A stretch of 64,000 nt of DNA, taken from contig NC_068984.1 in assembly GCF_001194135.2 (NCBI RefSeq), positions 87,856,501-87,920,500 of the forward strand, read 5' to 3'. This DNA comes from Octopus bimaculoides (Eukaryota). Position numbers and translations under genes: made by a program. The number at the start of each line of letters is the position of its first letter. The first letter of the stretch is position 1. Shown here piece by piece: positions 12,957-27,149 of the stretch. The notes under the pieces were generated by a model. The model was not told the origin of the DNA. It did no database searches and worked only from the letters and a program-made list of their open reading frames with translations.

Positions 12957-14820
12957 TATACACAAACTTGAGCATGGCATGGATAGACTATCATAAAGCA
13001 TACGATATGATATCACACTCACGGATAATAAAAACAATGGAAATGTATGCAGTAGTAGAAAATATAGGAGGCCTTATATGGAATAACATAAAATGTTGGA
13101 GAACCGAATTGACAGCAGGGAATCAAGTATTAGGAGAGGGGAAAATCAAGAGAAGTATCTTCCAAGGGGACAGTGTGTCCCCACCGATCTTCGCCCTGGG
13201 AATGATCCCCTTGAGTGAAATACTACAGAAAACAAAGTTGGATTATGGTCTGGGAAAAGGTAAGGGAAAACTGAACCATTTGCTGTTCACGGACGACCTG
13301 AAGCTATTCACAAAAACTGAGACAGAACTGGACAGCCTAGTCCAGTCTGTGCGGATTTTCCCCAGTGATATTAAGATGGAATTTGGACTCTCAAAATGTG
13401 CTACGATGGTGATGAGACGAGGAAAGCTTTTCAGAACAAAAGGCATACGGTTGCCAAGTGATGAAATGATGAAGGCAATTCAATCTCAATCCAGCTATAA
13501 ATACCGGGGAATACTTGAGGCAGATGAAATCAAGCACAATGACATGAAAGAAAAAAAAAGAAAAAAAGTGAGCACCTGCGGCGAATGAGGAAAATATTGG
13601 CTTCAAAGTTAAATGCCAGAAACATAATTTCAGCAATAAACTCGCGCGGAATCGCAGTAGTTCGGTATGGCACTAGAATACTGAAGTGGACATAGGAGGG
13701 ACTAAATAGACAGGAAACCAAGACAGCTTCTAACGGTGTATGGTGTCCATCATCCACGTGAGGACACTGATCGCCTATGCATGAAAAGAGCAAATGGAGG
13801 AAGAGGACTGATAAGTGTGGAAGGCTGCGTGCGTACCGAACTCGAGAGTATAATGAGATACCGAGCCCAAAGTAAGGAAACCTTGCTAGTGACAGTTAGG
13901 AATGAGGGAGTATTGAAAGCAGAGAAAAGGGGAAAATAAAGGAAGAAGCGCAAAAAGGATATGAAGAAGAATTACGCAAGAAAGGACTACACAATCAATT
14001 CCATGCAGCTACAATAGAAGTTACTGGAAAAAATAGGTGGGATTGGCTGATGAAAGGAACACTAAAGAAAGAGACCGAAAGCACTATACTGGCAGCGCAA
14101 GACCAAGTTTTGGCCATGAACTGGAAGGTCAACCTTAGGAATAAGCAAATGTCTTCGCTGTACCGCATCTGCAATAGAGTGGATGAAACCATTACGCATA
14201 TCACGAACGAATACCCTAGACTTGCCCAAAACCACTACAAGTTGTGGCAACACGATCAGGTAGTGAAAGTGCTACATCGGAAACTGTGCGAAAAGTGGGG
14301 GTTAGAGAGAGGCAAGACGTGGTATAAGTACTAACCACAGAAAGTGGCGGAGTCGGAGACTGCTAAATCCTCTGGGATTTCCCAATCCAAACAGATTAGG
14401 TGCTAGAGCACAACAAACCGGACCTAGTGATGGAGGACAAGGTGCACCACATATGCTATATAGTTGATGTTGCATGCCCCTTTGACCCACAAATAGTCAA
14501 AAAGGAAGGCGAAAAGATAGATAAATATAACCCTTTTAAGTACTAAATAGCCCGGTTATGGAAAATGAAGAAAGTGAAGATAGTGCCAATTATTGTTGGG
14601 TCCAGAAGGCATCAAGGGGAAAATAAAGGAAATTGGAATAGAGTGCCCAGTAGAACTGTTACAAAAAGTTTGCCTCCTTAGCCCGGCCAGAATAATCAGG
14701 AAAGTACTAGATAACTGAAAAGAATGGATAGCATGATACCGTAGGCTGCAAGTAGGAAATCCGCTACACATGCAAGACTCCAGGTGTTCCAATAAAACCT
14801 GTGATAAAGAAAAAGTTAAT
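12957..14820 (+). mobile_element. R4/Dong-type RLE retrotransposon, family B, 5'-truncated within RT
   Basis: MAWIDYHKAYDM, IFQGDSVSP, LLFTDDLKLF, FGLSKCA, YKYRG, GGRGLISVE, LKKETESTILAAQDQ, RICNRVDETITHI, NKPDLV, ends RIIRKVLDN*. Confidence 0.93.
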
Positions 14821-15537
14821 GGTGTAAGGCCTAAAATAGCAATTGCCGAATTTAATCGGATGGATTGATTATATGAAAACATAAAATAGCAGATCATATT
14901 AGAAATCTTGTATATTTGTATCCTACCAATAATAAAATGAATTAATTAATAGAAATATGGTTGCATAGAAGTTAAAGTGTTATGAATCGATGACACACAT
15001 ACGAATATGTTAAGAATCGGTGGCATACATACGAAAGTAGTACTGGAGCATCGTTTCAAACTTTTACATTGAGTGCAAAGCACAAAAGTTGAGGGTTTTG
15101 GAGAGAAAGTAAGACGAACGTAACTCCTTGACAGAACTCTCTAAGAAATAGTACATACACTGAATAGGAATAATAATCGGCAGTGACGACTTAAAATCGA
15201 TAAAAAGCGAAATAAATAAAACAGAAGCAATTAGCCTCATCACATCTGATTGTTATGTTAATGCACCGTGAAATAGGTTTAGAGTAAACAAAAATCAATT
15301 GTAGAACAAGCGTAAGCGTAAAGCATGTGCTCGTCAGAAAAAAAGGAAAATCACTAATACTAATAATAGTAAGTAGTAGTAATAATATTTTATAACATTA
15401 AGATAGTCTCAAGAATATAGACTCAACCTACAAAAGGCAGCGGTCAAATAAATATTCAACAAGTACGTCCATACCCATAAAATAAAGAACTGTACGAGCT
15501 TACAGATTTGCAAGCCATATTACGTAAAGCACTTTCA

Positions 15538-15650
15538 GGCATGGCTGTGTAATTAAGATCACATCGAAACTATGGAGTTCCAGGTTCGATACCACCGTTT
15601 TAGACCTTAGGAAGATGTCTTCTATCAAGGCCTTTGGTAAAATAAAGCTT
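15538..15650 (+). mobile_element. Degenerate tRNA-derived SINE head (CORE-like accttaggaag/accttgggcaag)
   Basis: A-box-like catggctgtgtaattaag and B-box ggttcgatacc. Confidence 0.55.
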
Positions 15651-15924
15651 TGTAATGCACATTTAATAGATATGAAAATTGTTCTTGCTCCTGGGTGGCA
15701 AGCTTAATTAGAGCCAGTCTAACTTGCTCCTTGAATGTATTTAGCGGTTTCCTCTCTGTTTTAAGGATTTGTACCCAGGTTCCAGTCTGGAGGAAGCTTC
15801 TCTTCGTACCATCTGTGATAAAGGTTCTTAACAGACTTGACTTAATCATTAAAACACTAAACAGAAAAAAGCAAAAAGAAGAAACAAACCTGCGTTTGAT
15901 GAGTAGTAAAACCATGTAATAATA

Positions 15925-16420
15925 TTAGGAAGAAACCATCGGCTACACTGTTTGTGGGTGCCTGGAGCTAGCAAAAGGGGATATAGTCACAAGCATAAGA
16001 AGGTAGCAACGTACCTACACTAGAAAGCATAGAGATCATATAATACTAAGAAACGATACGAACATCAACTAAACATGGTCACAACTATCAGGTCAGCATC
16101 TTTTTTAGCTTAACCACACCGCAGAAGCCTGTGCACCCCGGCAGAGAGATAAAGTTAGTGTGCCTGATATTGTTAACAAGGACATTACAATATCTTCCGG
16201 GGAAAAAATCAACCTCATGGAAGTCATAGAAACGCTAACCAAGTACAAAAACACGGAGATCAAAATAAACAGGATGTAGAATATGTCAGTGGTTATTAGA
16301 ACATCATGATGAAACGAGAAGGGAATGGGAAAGCTCACCAACCGTATCTCGGGCAATTTTATTTGTGCAGGCCAGAAAATCACACTACTTGGAACAGATC
16401 ACATACTACGCTATAGGGAA
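15925..16420 (+). mobile_element. Decayed R4-type RLE 3' fragment
   Basis: EETIGYTVCGCLELAK (CCHC region); VSVPD...KYKNTEIKINRM*...QKITLLGTDHILR (RLE C-terminus). Confidence 0.65.
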
Positions 16421-16849
16421 GTTGTCACTTTATTGTGACAACTTTCCTATAATGCCTTAGTCCCATAGTTAGGACCCAAACCTACAGGATATACAACAGA
16501 AAGTATAAAAGGAACAACAACAATAATAACTACCTTCCTCCTTCTCGTCATCATAAGCCTCATCATCATCCTTATCCTCATCCTCCTCATCATCAGACTT
16601 ATTGTTGTTTTGGTTATTTATTTATGTTACTTGACGCAAGAGCCTCGGATAGTAGGACACTACCAAAACAATGTATCAGAACGATAAAATCAATTAAGAA
16701 AGACAAAGAATGCGCATGACAAAAACCAGCATACAAATATAATGAAATGATGATATTCTAATAGCAAGACAGCAGCATAGGACATAAAGGATTCCACACA
16801 CATACACACACACAAATCCAGAATTCTCCGGATTACTAAATGTGTTTTC

Positions 16850-18010
16850 TCTCGCCTATATTCTTCGGCTTACAGCTACATGCTGAGAACTGACCAATCC
16901 ACGCTAGTCGTTCTCGATATCTTCACTCACCTTCAAACAAGTTCGCTGCAGAATAACTGTCCTCCCTCTCCACCCTAAATCCTCTCCAAATGACATTTGA
17001 AAATATTGATGAGGACTTAGCTATAGAGGGAAGTGTCTACAAGGATTTGCACTCTAATCCACCCAATAAATGTGTGTTCCCAGCCTCCCCAGCTCTTCAT
17101 AAGTCAGCAATGCTCGAGCACAGAAAGGTGCGTGTACAACGATTTCGTCGTTCGGCGCGCATCTCTAACAAGCCTTGATTACGGATCTACAGTTCACATA
17201 AAGATTTGCGCAGACCGGTAGCAGTGTCTTCTAGTAAAGACTTCCAGGCCAGAGATTTCTGGAAGTTGTCAACAGAAACCGGGTTGTGCGCTCTCTGGAA
17301 TAGGTTGATCTTCATGAATAGTCTTGGTCTTCAGGATTAGATTGATATTCAATGCCATGAATATTCTTGGAATGGTCATTGATCTTGCTTATCGTTGGCC
17401 ATCCATAAATTGATGGGTTATTATACCACCGCCTGCTTTGACAGTCTGATAGAGAACTGAAAATTCCTAGCATGTTCATATACAAGACATTCAATTTTGT
17501 CCTCTACTTCACAAAGAACTGCTAGCCTCATGGAGGCTAGCAGCGAATAAATGTGCCTCTCAAATGGCTATTACACCTTCTCATTGTCTATAAATCACTG
17601 TAGACGCCGCAGCTTCAGCGCATATATGTGCAAGTCAACCACGGCATGCTGAACTCTCTACGCAGAGTGTTGGTAGCAATAAAATCTTTGACCAGTGGAA
17701 CTTGTCTATTTCCCAAAAAGCGAAATAGATGCTCCAGCCTTTTTAGATTAAAAATTGGAGTAAGATGCACTGACCAAGGAGACGACGTATGTGCACTCCA
17801 CTTCACTCTGACTTTCTTAGCCCATTTCTCGATGAACGTGGACATCTAGCGTGTAACCTCATCCCAGATCTTATCCAGCAAGTCTCTCACCAATGCACGT
17901 TAACAGGAAAGTCAATCTTGATCTCCACGATTCTGGCACTGCTGCTTCCCAAGTTCTGAGTTGCAAGCCCACCGATGTGCTGGACTCGACGTTGAGACAG
18001 AATTTTCTTG
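16850..18010 (-). mobile_element. Decayed L1/Tx1-clade LINE (thumb to C-terminal zinc knuckle)
   Basis: LKRLEHLFRFLGNRQVPLVK, LPVCANLY...C*RC...EIVVHAPFC (CxxC..HxxxxC knuckle), VERE. Confidence 0.7.
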
Positions 18011-18982
18011 ATTGTGGTGCAGAGTCAAAGCCTTCTTGCCAAAAACCATAAAAGATACTTAATGAAAAAGAATACATTAAGTAAATGCAGTATGTATGGA
18101 AGCTGGGAAGAAGCAATTAACCGTATTGCATTCGCAGCAAAGAAAGCATGTGCCAAAAGGTTTCCAGTTTAGTCACTAAGCTCGCATGCTTTAGAGCAGG
18201 AGTAATTTGATACTATCAACCCAGGTACTTGACCAGTATTGTAGTTTATCAGTTATGATGGTGTTGCTGGTGATGACAACAACAACAACAGCAATAATAA
18301 CAATGATCCTTTCTACTATAGGCACACACTCTTTTGCCTAACTCTGACACAATTAAGAAATCTATTGAGTAAAATTACCAATGTTTATAGATGCTATAGG
18401 CAACTATAAAACATCTCTTCTAAATCGAAAACATAAATCTATTTACAAGGGATAATAGCCAACTGGAAAAACATACTAAAAGCTGTTCATAAAAATTGGG
18501 ATGGGATTAGACAAATGTATCACTGCTTTTGTAAGAAATGACCAACTAAATTAAATTGAGAATATTCAATTTGATACAGACATCGAAATGAAATAAATCG
18601 ACTTGAACCACTCATAAAAATACTCAGAAGCAGATGAAACTGATAAAAAGTTAGAAAAGTGTTACAAAAAGTCATACTTGTATTAAAACTGAACTCAATG
18701 TTACCAAGATAATAAGTATACTAGCCATCTTCATTATAAATTACAGTGTCCATATAATAAACTGAAAAGCTGAAACCGAATACTGCATAACTATTGATAC
18801 AAGTCGACAGTTTCTACAAGGTAACAGCACTTGGACAAGAGAATTACTTAGAAGCATGTAAAAATAAACTGGTTTGTATTATATGGAAATATGAAAAAAA
18901 TACATATATGTATGTATGTATGTATTATGCGTATATGCATTTGTGTGTGTGTATATACGCGTGCATATGTACGCATGTGTAC

Positions 18983-19057
<75 letters not shown>

Positions 19058-19696
19058 AAAATGTATAATTTCGAACCAACAGAAACGGTTCAAAAATAAA
19101 ACATACATTAGAACTGAAAAACTGAGTGCAATCTCTCCAGGAAGTAGATAAACTATCAAAGCCATAAGGACCATAAAAGAGGAAACGGTTTCAATTTCTT
19201 TTTTTTTTTTCAAGATTCGGCAGAGAGTAAGTAAACCAGAGTGGAAACCAACGATGAGTCAAAGGCTCGAGGAAAAAGAAAATAAATCTGATTTTAACAG
19301 CACAAGACTAACAAGTAGCTAAAAATAACTATAAACTAATGAAATAATGAAATAAAAACTAACATGAAGTACAGACTTATGCAACCAATACGAGAAGTTG
19401 ATCTTATGAGGTTTGATCAACCAGTTCTTGCCGAGTCCAAGTTTATTTACAGACACGAACAAGCCGGTATCTACGTTCACTGCGCAATATATTGACAACT
19501 TAACGTGTAGAAGGATCAGAAAAAACTTGCATAACCACCTACAATATACGGCATATTATAACTTCTTTGCCACCATAACCCAAAACATGCTTATTGCGAC
19601 TGTCAAGGAGATAATTGAAACAGTTCAGAGATAATAATCAAGAACAGGGTAAAATATGGTTGTACTGTATTAGGCATCACGAATCCTTTTCACTGA

Positions 19697-19966
19697 AATA
19701 TTTATTCCTTTATTGTCCACAGGGGGCTAAACATAGAAGTGACAAACAAGCACAGACAAAGGGATTGAGTCGATTACATCGACCCCAGTGAGTAACTGGT
19801 TCTGATTTAATCGACCCCAGTGAGTAACTGGTTCTGATTTAATCGACCCCGAAAGGATGAAAGGCAAAGTCGACTTCGACAGAAATTGAACTCAGAATGT
19901 AACGGCTTACGAAATACCACTAAGCATTTCGCCCGGTGTATTAACGATTCTGCCAGCTCGCCGCCC
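19697..19966 (-). mobile_element. Family 1 tRNA-SINE, full length, with internal 32-bp tandem duplication
   Basis: 5' ggcggcgagctggcagaatcg head; atcgaccccagtgagtaactggttctgattta x2 at 19778-19841. Confidence 0.92.
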
Positions 19967-20483
19967 TTTTTCACTAAAATATTGCACGAAAGAAAATAAA
20001 GGAACAACCAAAGCATAATGACCTAGAAATAGAAATATGAAGGTAACACACGTTCTTATGTAAATTTGGAATATTGTATATCATAAAAAATATGAACAAA
20101 AATATATAATTATACAAGGTCATAATGTTGAAGTCCAACAGCTCGCTGTGTTAGATACTGCCCACACAATACACTTTCAATTCAACTGCGCAACTTATAG
20201 TGTATATTCTCTGCTTACACTACATCTCTACAGAGAAACTACATAATAAAATAGCACAATGTTCTACATATACTCTGTGGAATCATCAACAAGCAATATA
20301 ACACAACACACTCAACACAACAGACGAAGCATCAAAATAATACCAGAAACAACAGAGTGAACCCCACAACAATGCAAATATCATATACTTTGCAGACACA
20401 ATCCAGTATTTACCAGAAACAATGTTGTATAAAACTGCAGGCGCTTTGATGTATAGATAGTAACTCTACACGCATGAAAATGT

Positions 20484-20529
<46 letters not shown>

Positions 20530-20542
20530 AGTAATAATAATC
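20484..20542. repeat. (GAT)n followed by (AAT)3 microsatellite
   Basis: Direct. Confidence 0.95.
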
Positions 20543-20806
20543 GAAAGTGCGGGTAAAATGTATCCCTGTAGTTATAGGTGCATTAGGAACTATCTCTAAA
20601 GATTTGAACAGATGGATAGAGGATACAGGCATAAAACCTTGTTTAGTACAGCTCCGGAAAACAGTGTTATAAAGGACAGCTCGAATACTTAGGAGAGTTT
20701 TTGGCATCTAAGGTTACTTGTTGTAGCCCAACGTTAGGAATTTTTATTTTCTAACAGTCTAATCTGTTGTGCGTATATGAATATAATAATAATAAATATG
20801 CATTAC
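20543..20806 (+). mobile_element. R4/Dong-type family C, 3'-terminal fragment
   Basis: VKCIPVVIGALGTISKDL...RTARILRRVFGI*, 3'UTR, then (TAA)4. Confidence 0.8.
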
Positions 20807-20829
20807 TACTGTATCTAACACTGACCAAA

Positions 20830-23470
20830 ACTATAAGAGATATGTCTGATTTGGTGTAAAACCATGAAATAATATACAGATACAAGCACGATCTGAATAT
20901 TCGGAGATTATGATAAGATACCTTAATTTCAATATTTGAAACTTAACAGCTCATAAAAAGAATACGTGCTGAAAATAAAACAAAACTAAAATGACTTCGG
21001 ATGAAAATTATGGCCATTGAAAGATCATCGCAGAAGCTAACCACACACAAGACATAAGACAATAAAAAATGACCAATGAAAGTACTGCCGAACTCACCAC
21101 ACTAGAAACAAATGAAACATTATAGCAAAAATGTTAAACAGATACAAAGACAAACAAAAGAACCAAAATCTAAAATGATGAAATCCCTTGGAATATTCAG
21201 GGTACAATAAATATATACCCTTAAACCTACATTTTATAGAATAAACAGAATAAACACACATCAAAATAAATCAACCAAATTTACCAGGCCCTAACAGAAA
21301 CAATAAAGTAGAAATCGATGAACATAGATCAACCTATACACCTGGTCAAACGACAAACAAGCAGCCTCGCGATACGATAAGTTAATGCTGACAGGGTGCT
21401 GAAAGAAATTCTGTCCACGGAAACAAATTACTCGAATATCAACAGATTAAATAAGTTTAATCAATCAAGTAGTATTTGTAGTATCGAAGGAGTCAAGTTT
21501 CCTCCTCAGAAAGTCAGATAAATTTCTCAAACAAACCTAAAAAAAAATGTAAAAGAAATATGCCATATAAAATTTTTAAAAAGGCCCTATCTTTATTTAG
21601 TGAAATAGAAAAGGAAGGGTCGACCACGAAAAAGAAAAAAAGAACTCGAATACTTGAAAGTATCTCAGTAAAAACAAATAACCTGGAAGCAAAAGGAAAG
21701 CTTCAGCAAATCATATCAACAAAAGTATGCAGGATAAAGACACTTCAAGAAAGTTGAGTGCTTCAAGGAGAATCAAATAACAAAATATTTTGCAAGAACA
21801 TTAGTGGCAGAAAAATAACGCTAGAGGACATATTAATATCAACAACAGTTGAAACATATAATATGAAGCAACGGCAGTTCAACGATGGCATATGGAATAA
21901 AGCTATTCAACAGAATTAAAAGTACAATAGTTCAGAAATGCAATAACAATTCATGCTTCACTATAATCGGTTAGGAACTCTCCAGCACTTTTATAAGCTG
22001 CAAGAAATTTGAAATCTCATGAGATCGAAACAAAGATCTCCAATTTCTGGCTGAAGTAATCTGAGCCAGAAATTTGTCGCAGTAGCATTCAATAAACTGG
22101 TATGCTGACCAGTGTCAAGATATAAACGACTGCTGGAGAGAGAAGTCAATACCATCCCCTCATCACCAGCAAAAATTATCGGAAACCATCAAAACTACAG
22201 GCCTATAACAAAATGATAAAGAACCATATCGTTATGGGGCAAAGAGAAGATTAAAAGTAGCCATATGCCCATATAATGAGGTACCTTTCAGGGAGATTCC
22301 TGATGTCCCTATTCTTTTCTTTCGAGGTTTGATCCCCATTAACAAATCTGCTAAATGAAACTACCAACGGTTTATATATTTAAAGAGAAACTTTAAAACA
22401 TGTCTTCTACAGGATGACTTAAAACTATTTACAGAAGGTAATAACCGTTCATGAACTCAGTCAAGCTATAAAAATGTGTATGAGACTGGACTAATGTGCT
22501 AAAACAACCACGAGATACGACAAATTAATTAAAACAATAAATTAGAAATAGACATGCAAATCAGAGAACGAGACAAGAACCGGCTGTACAGATCTTTAAG
22601 AAGTGAAACTGATAGAATACAATGCACTGAAATCAAGGAGAAAATTATAAAACAAGTGTCAGACTAATATTAAAAAATAGTTCACGGCTGGAAATAAGAT
22701 AATCGATAATATCATTCTGCTTGTCTCGATATGTATTCCTGCATTACTGTTTAACGATCTTAACTAAGGAACGGAATCAAGGACATAATGGAAATAATTA
22801 ACATAATGAAATAACATCATAACACTCTTCAGATTTATACATCAAGTAAAAAGGTATATTTATAAAAAGTGGAGTTTGTACACTGCAGTTTCAACGTAAT
22901 AAACTGAATGTTAAGTGAATTCCTCAGACAGGGAGTTTAAGCTTTGATGTAGTCAGAGTACTACGCCAAAGTAACAGCTGCGGAACAATCAAAATACTTA
23001 AAAATAAACAATGTGAGACTGATATGTGTAATAAGGGAAGACGAAGGAGAATAAACAATTTTTTCATATATACGGACAAACTAGAAGCTAACTATTCCGA
23101 AGAAAAAGGTTTATATTTGGCCAAAAGTTACAAAGGAAGATAAAATAAATAAAAGACAAGAACAAAAAGGAATTCGTAAATTTATTAAAGTTTATAATAA
23201 AAAAAACTACATGGTCTCTACTCTATGCAACTCGACAGAGAGAGACAGAGATAGTAAGCCAAAATGAAAGTCCACAATGACTTAAAAGCACTGAACTAAC
23301 AACAGAAACGAACTCTATGATTTTAGCTATACAGTATCAATTCCTAGCCACAAAGGAAATAATAAAACAAATGCAGATTATGCAATCAATGAAATGAAGA
23401 ATTACCCACATTATTTCTAGCTACCCAGACGTTTAACAGCTTTTTCCATACACACAACATAGAATGAGTT
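20830..23470 (+). mobile_element. Long, heavily decayed R4-type RLE retrotransposon
   Basis: Collinear remnants: SNFWLK, NYRPIT (~22190), FQGDS..PI (~22290), DDLKLF (~22415), CAK, CRLC...ITHIISS (~23375). Confidence 0.7.
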
Positions 23471-24439
23471 TTACAGCACCGTCTGTTTTAAAGATGTTCC
23501 TTAATATAAAGTAGAAGCATGTAAATATTGCTTTAAAACACTGTTGAACACATGCCTTGCACTGTTCCGAAAAGGAAAATGCATGCACCGGTGAAAATTT
23601 TGATTGCACCCACAAATTCTAGACATAAACTATAGAGATAGGATAAAAGTGCAAGCATTTCTATAGTAATATTGGTTTAGGTGTAGCGAACTGCGTTCTC
23701 ATCTCTGGATTACAACGACGGAAGTAGACTAAAATTCTAACCATTGTGTTAACATTTTCTGCACAAAAAAATGTGACCATCTCATATCACACTTCGTTCA
23801 TTAGATAGAAAACAATGTGGCTGGTATACATTCTATTTGCACTAAATATAAAGGGAAGAAGAAATATATCAAAATATAAATATGAACAAACGGAAAGTCA
23901 TGTAATATTTATGGAAAACATGTACAGGGGCAGATGGTTGTCTTCCAGTAGTGATGGACGCTGCAATCTATACTTTTCCTTAATCGTATTTGTATCATAG
24001 AAGCCACCTTCACAATGATATACAGTTAAGAAAGAAGGAGTGTTTTAAGTGCTTTCATTGCAATGATGGGCTAGTTTTGCTTTACATACATCCAGTTTCA
24101 TTACTCTGTTATTTTTGAAATCCGTTAACTCATCTGAAATATTAAATTTTGCACACATAGTACAAAGAAGTTACATGAAATAACGGAAAATGTTACTCAG
24201 TATTTTTACACAACAGTGACAAATTTTGTAGAGTTAATTCAACGGAAGTCCAGCTTGCAAGATTTTGTTAACTCAGACATTTAAGTTTTGTTGTCTATTT
24301 ATATGAACTTTCCACAACTGCACGTCCATATTGAGTGAGTTCAATGGCTGGAGAATGCTAAGGATGCAACGTCATTGCACTTCTCCTCCTTAAACAGAGC
24401 AGCCAACACAAAATCCTCAAACACGAAAAAAGAAAAATA

Positions 24440-26890
24440 GAATTTCTTCGCTTAATTAGTTATCTTAATATCTTACTTCCGTGTGAATTAGAAACTTTAA
24501 AAGAGCAGTGTACTCTGACTCTCGTTTAGTTATCAGAGCTGTATCTTATGGTATTGGTAAGGCCTTGGAGACCTATATTTCTGTCAATGTGATTGTGTTT
24601 GGTGATTTCAATGGTCACCACAGAAGATGGTTACCACATTTCTTTCGACTGACGGGCCAAGAGTATTTTCGTATAATTTCTCTCAGGCTCATGATCTCAG
24701 ACAGATCATTGACTTCCCAACCAGGTTTCCTGACAGTGATACTGGCACTCTTTTGCTTGATCTCCTCCTGACTCCTGTTCCAGAAAATTGAAAACTTCTT
24801 TCCCTCCTTTTGGTTAATCGATCGTTGTAAAACTTTCCACTTCCCAAAGGTTGATAGGGATGGATTTCGTTCCTTTCTCCAAGATGTTCGTTTGAACTCT
24901 GTCTTTGAGAAAGCAGCCTCTGATGCTGTATCCGAATTCGCAGAGTGAGTATAGATTGGTATTGGCACTTTTATTCGCAATTCTAGGGAAAAGCCTCGAT
25001 TTCCTCCTTGCTTCAAATGCACAGTATGTATCTGCTATTGCTCATCAAAATCTCTTTTATCAACACTTTCAGTGAGATCAGTCTGATATTTTTCGGCTCA
25101 CTTTTCTGAAAGTCAGCAATGCATGTAAAAGGTCTATTACTGATGCTAAATCATTTTTATGTATGCAGGGACTGCGAATACATTGCCTCACAGAGGTTTA
25201 GAAGTCGCAACTTTTGGAAAATATATACAATAGTGTTATCAACCCTGATAATTCTGTTGTGCCCCCACTTTTTGAGGGTGCCAGATGTTTTAGGTCTTCC
25301 ACAGAAAAATAATTGACCACTTTACTCGTTTGTTTGCTGCTAACTCTATCCTTGATGACTTGGGTGCATCTCTTTCTGAGTTACCTTTCCATACAGAACA
25401 GGTTCTTGATTCTGTAATCATGACTCTAGAGTGATCGATGGGCTTAATCAGTCTAAAGCATCTGGTCCTGACACATTCCTGTGGTTGTCTTGAAACAGTT
25501 TACTCCTCAGGTGTCTTCTTTGCTCTCTCTAAGTTATTTAATTTTTGTCTTACTAAATCTTGTTTTCATCTCGCTGGAAGGTATGTAATGCTGTCCTAAT
25601 TTTAAGTCTGATGTTGAGCCTTCTGGTCCAAACAAATATCCTTCTGCTGGTCTTTTCTTGATTGTTAGCAAGGTCTTTGAACGACTCAGCAACAACAGGT
25701 TGGTTGAATTTCTTGAAACCTTGGCACTCATTGTTGATGTTCAATATGATTTTCTCTCCTTCTACTACTGATCTTATGACTGTTATTACGGACTGCATGT
25801 ATCAATTTATGGATAAATCAGGAGCGGCTCGTGCTGTAGATCTTAAGATATCAAAGCCTTTGATGGGGTTTGGCATGCTGCTTTGCTCCTTAAATTCTCT
25901 GCCTATGGTGTATGTAGAAAGGTCTTTGATGTTAGCAGCTCGTTCTTTTCTTCTCGTTGTGTGAGCGTGGCTGGAAGGTGTTATTTCTTGTGAGTATTTT
26001 ATTACTACCAGTGCTCCTCAAGTAACACTGGTCCAACTCTATTTATTTTCTTCATCACAAATCATCCTGCTAATGTTCATCAATTCCTCATTTTTTTATG
26101 CTGATGTTATCACTCATTATTCTGATTTTCCTGGCAATCTCTCTCCCTTGAAACGTTTGGAATTTGCTGTTAATTTTGAGGTGGATTTGCAGGCTGTTAA
26201 GAAATGGAGCAAGAAGTAGCTAGTAACATTTAACCCTGGAAAGATCAAACTCGTGTCCTTCATTAGGAATCGGGATCCCTATCTTCCACCCATGTTCATG
26301 AGTTATAGGTCTGAGGTATAACATGAGACAGTCAAACCACTTAACGAAAAGTCTTCTTTGAAACTGCTTGGTCATACTTTCTCTCCTCATTTTTCTTATA
26401 TACAGTCAATTTGTATGTTTGCTTCGCGTAATGCTGGATCATTGTATAGTTCAAAGGTCTACTTGACATTTGAGGTTATTTTGTAACTTCACAATCGTCC
26501 TTGTATGGAATACCGTTGTCATATTCGGGCAGGAGCACCGTCTTGTCACTTGAATCTCCCCAACCGGGTTCAGAAGCGAGTCTCTAATTTGATTGGTCCC
26601 TCTGCAACCCTTCTCATATCGATGTGGCGTCGCCAATCTTATCCTTTTCTATCGGTATTACCACAGGAAGTGCTCTGATGAGCTTCTTCTCTTAGTTCCA
26701 GATCACTTTGTACCATCTCGCCTGACTCGAAACGTACAGCATCTTCATCCAAATGCTGGTGTGCTTCCACGGATAAGGAAGTCTTTTAACGGTTGTAGCT
26801 TTTTTTCCTCGAACTTCCAAACTTTAGAACTCTCATTGTTTTCCCCTTCTTATGACCTGAATGTTTTCAAGTCTAAAGTATGTTCATTAG
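24440..26890 (+). mobile_element. Decayed CR1-type LINE ORF2 (APE and RT, to 3' end)
   Basis: GDFNGHHRRWL, PTRFPD, KASGPD, STTDLMTVITD, ARAVDLKISK, YADV, LQPFSYRCGVANLILFYRYY...SFF...YDLNVFKSKV. Confidence 0.9.
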
Positions 26891-27149
26891 TTTTCGTCTT
26901 AATTTCTCCTTGTTCAAAGTGGTTTCTTACCTTGTTTGAGATTTTATTTAAAAAAAATTTAAAACGAGAAAGAGAGAGTGAAAACAATAACCTCGATTTT
27001 TATAGTCTAGCATTGTTGTAATTAATCCTTTTTACATTCTCATCAAATATATATATTTTTTTTTAGTTGAGAGTTAAATGATTTTGAAATAAAGATTTTA
27101 CTGTAGAGGAAGAAGTATTTAAAAACAATTACTGTTTTCTTTCGTTTGA

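Noticed and set aside
19778-19850. Direct repeats resembling a CRISPR array
   Set aside because: Adjacent duplication with no spacers, inside a SINE, in eukaryotic DNA
23470-24050. Possible LRR-like remnant on the minus strand
   Set aside because: Only one or two weak motifs and no domain order
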